Notes under the pieces: model-generated
Seen by the model: the letters and a program-made list of their open reading frames with translations, nothing else
Databases searched by the model: none
Told to the model about the DNA's origin: nothing
From: Pristiophorus japonicus
Lineage: Eukaryota
Assembly: GCF_044704955.1 (NCBI RefSeq)
Contig: NC_091979.1
Location: forward strand, 25,606,001 to 25,670,000
Length of the DNA stretch: 64,000 bases
Reading direction: 5' to 3'
Translations under genes and position numbers: made by a program
Shown: one piece after another, positions 61,791-64,000 of the stretch
Layout: every line of letters starts with the position of its first letter
How positions within the stretch are numbered: position 1 is the stretch's first letter

Positions 61791-64000
61791 CAGTCGGCGA
61801 GAGGCGGGAGCAGCGTGGAGAGGCCTATAAAAGGCCCAGCTTGTGCAGCTCCAGCCGGGAGAAAAAGCAGAAAAGAAGTAGAAAGGAATCAAAAGGTGAC
61901 GTCACAGCCAAAGGGGCAAGTGATTGGCTGGTGATTGGTAAGTAGTTTTTCTTTTTCTTTTTTATATCAGTAAGTAACCTGTTAACAGTGTTGTCATCAA
62001 TTTAAGTGTATCTAAGGGTTAAGTCATGGCAGGGGAGCTCAGTCACCTGATATGCTCCTCCTGTACCATGTGGGAACTCAGGGACACTTCCGGTGTCCCT
62101 GACGACTACGTGTGCGGGAAGTGTATCCGCCTCCAGCTCCTGACGGACCGCGTTGCGGAATTGGAGCTGAGGGTGGATTCACTCTGGAGCATCCACGATG
62201 CTGAGAATGACATGAGTAGCACGTGTAGCGAGTTGGTCTTACCGCAGGAGAAGGGTCCACATCCAGCTAGGGAATGGAAGACCAGCAGGAAGAGTAGTGC
62301 AAGGAAGGTAGTGCAGGGGTCCCTTGTGGTCATCCCCCTGCAAAACAGATACACTGCTTTGAGTACTGTTGAGGGGGATGACTCATCAGGGGAGGGCAGC
62401 AGCAGCCAAGTTCATGGCACCGTGGCTGGCTCTGCTGCACAGGAGGGCAGGAAAAAGAATGGGAGAGCGATAGTGATAGGGGATTCAATTGTGAGGGGAA
62501 TAGATAGGCGTTTCTGCGGCCGCAAACGAGACTCCAGGATGGTATGTTGCCTCCCTGGTGCAAGGGTCAAGGATGTCTCGGAGCGGGTGCAGGACATTCT
62601 AAAAAGGAAGGGAGAACAGCCAATTGTCGTGGTGCACATTGGTACCAACGACATAGGTTAAAAAAAGGGATGAGGTCCTACGAAACGAATTTAAGGAGCT
62701 AGGAGCTAAATTAAAAAGTAGGACCTCAAAAGTAGTAATCTCGGGATTGCTACCAGTGCCACGTGCTAGTCAGAGTAGGAATCGCAGGATAGCGCAGATG
62801 AATACGTGGCTTGAGCAGTGGTGCAGCAGGGAGGGATTCAAATTCCTGGGGCATTGGAACCGGTTCTGGGGGAGGTGGGACCAGTACAAATCGGATGGTC
62901 TGCACCTGGGCAGGACTGGAACCAATGTCCTAGGGGGAGTGTTTGCTAGTGCTGTTGGGGAGGAGTTAAACTAATATGGCAGGAGGATGGGAACCAATGC
63001 AGGGAGACAGAGGGAAACAAAAAGGAGACAAAAGCAAAAGACAGAAAGGAGATGAGGAAAAGTGGAGGGCAGAGAAACCCAAGGCATAGAACAAAAAGGG
63101 CCACTGTACAGCAAAATTCTAAAAGGTGTCTTAATGCAAGGAGTATCCGTAATAAGGTAGATGAATTAACTCTGCAAATAGATGTTAACAAATATGATGT
63201 GATTGGGATTACAGAGACGTGGCTCCAGGATGATCAGGGCTGGGAACTCAACATCCAGGGGTATTCAACATTCAGAAAGGATAGAATAAAAGGAAAAGGA
63301 GGCGGGGTAGCATTGCTGGTTAAAGAGGAGATTAATGCAATAGTTAGGAAGGACATTAGCTTGGATGATGTGGAATCTATATGGGTAGAGCTGCAGAACA
63401 CCAAAGGGCAAAAAACGTTAGTGGGAGTTGTGTACAGACCTCCAAACAGCAGTAGCGATGTTGGGGAGGGCATCAAACAGGAAATTAGGGGTGCATGCAA
63501 TAAAGGTGCAGCAGTTATAATGGGTGACTTTAAAATGCACATAGATTGGCCTAACTAAACTGGAAGCAATACGGTGGAGGAGGATTTCCTGGAGTGCATA
63601 AGGGATGGTTTTCTAGACCAATATGTCAAGGAACCAACTAGGGGGGAGGCCATCTTAGACTGGGTGTTGTGTAATGAGAGAGGATTAATTAGCAATCTCG
63701 TTGTGCGAGGCCCCTTGGGGAAGAGTGACCATAATATGGTGGAATTCTGCATTAGGATGGAGAATGAAACAGTTAATTCAGAGACCATGGTCCAGAACTT
63801 AAAGAAGGGTAACTTTGAAGGTATGAGGCGTGAATTGGCTAGGATAGATTGGCGAATGATACTTAAGGGGTTGACTGTGGATGGGCAATGGCAGACATTT
63901 AGAGACCGCATGGATGAACTACAACAATAGTACATTCCTGTCTGGCGTAAAAATAAAAAAGGGAAGGTGGCTCAACCGTGGCTAACAAGGGAAATCAGGG
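61791..64000 (+). mobile_element. 5'-intact CR1 LINE of the same family, disrupted, running off the window end
   Basis: ORF1 62026-62974 frameshifted near 62660. ORF2 has a deletion near 63125 and stops at about 63558 and 63930. Confidence 0.93.

Noticed and set aside
61063-61945. 186-aa (-) and 284-aa (+) ORFs
   Set aside because: Produced by A-to-G loss of stop codons in the hypermutated CR1 and its junction with RTE.

Overview
Repeat-rich vertebrate genomic DNA, almost certainly a shark (Deu-domain tRNA-SINEs, abundant CR1, RTE and L2 LINEs). It holds a complete six-exon EAF2 gene on + (CDS 4331-50630, 801 nt, 266 aa) with a CpG-island promoter, and a probable first exon of a divergent gene on - near 1514-1700. 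Exon 1 plus the promoter of a mitochondrial CYP27A-type P450 occurs twice: downstream of EAF2 (57850-58095) and as an orphan duplicate inside EAF2 intron 4 (36527-36769). An 11.1-kb nested transposon stack (Gypsy A, solo LTR, gag/PR-only Gypsy B, intact full-length CR1) follows the intronic copy. The most unusual signals are: a ~535-bp antisense CR1 fragment with massive strand-specific A-to-G change, resembling ADAR hyper-editing fixed in the genome (61081-61615); the two CYP27A exon-1 copies being far more alike than the LTRs of an element that post-dates them, implying gene conversion; a 216-bp fold-back palindrome; and a Harbinger-type MITE carrying two G-rich minisatellites. All calls are by eye, without database searches, and fragment boundaries are approximate unless a TSD is given.
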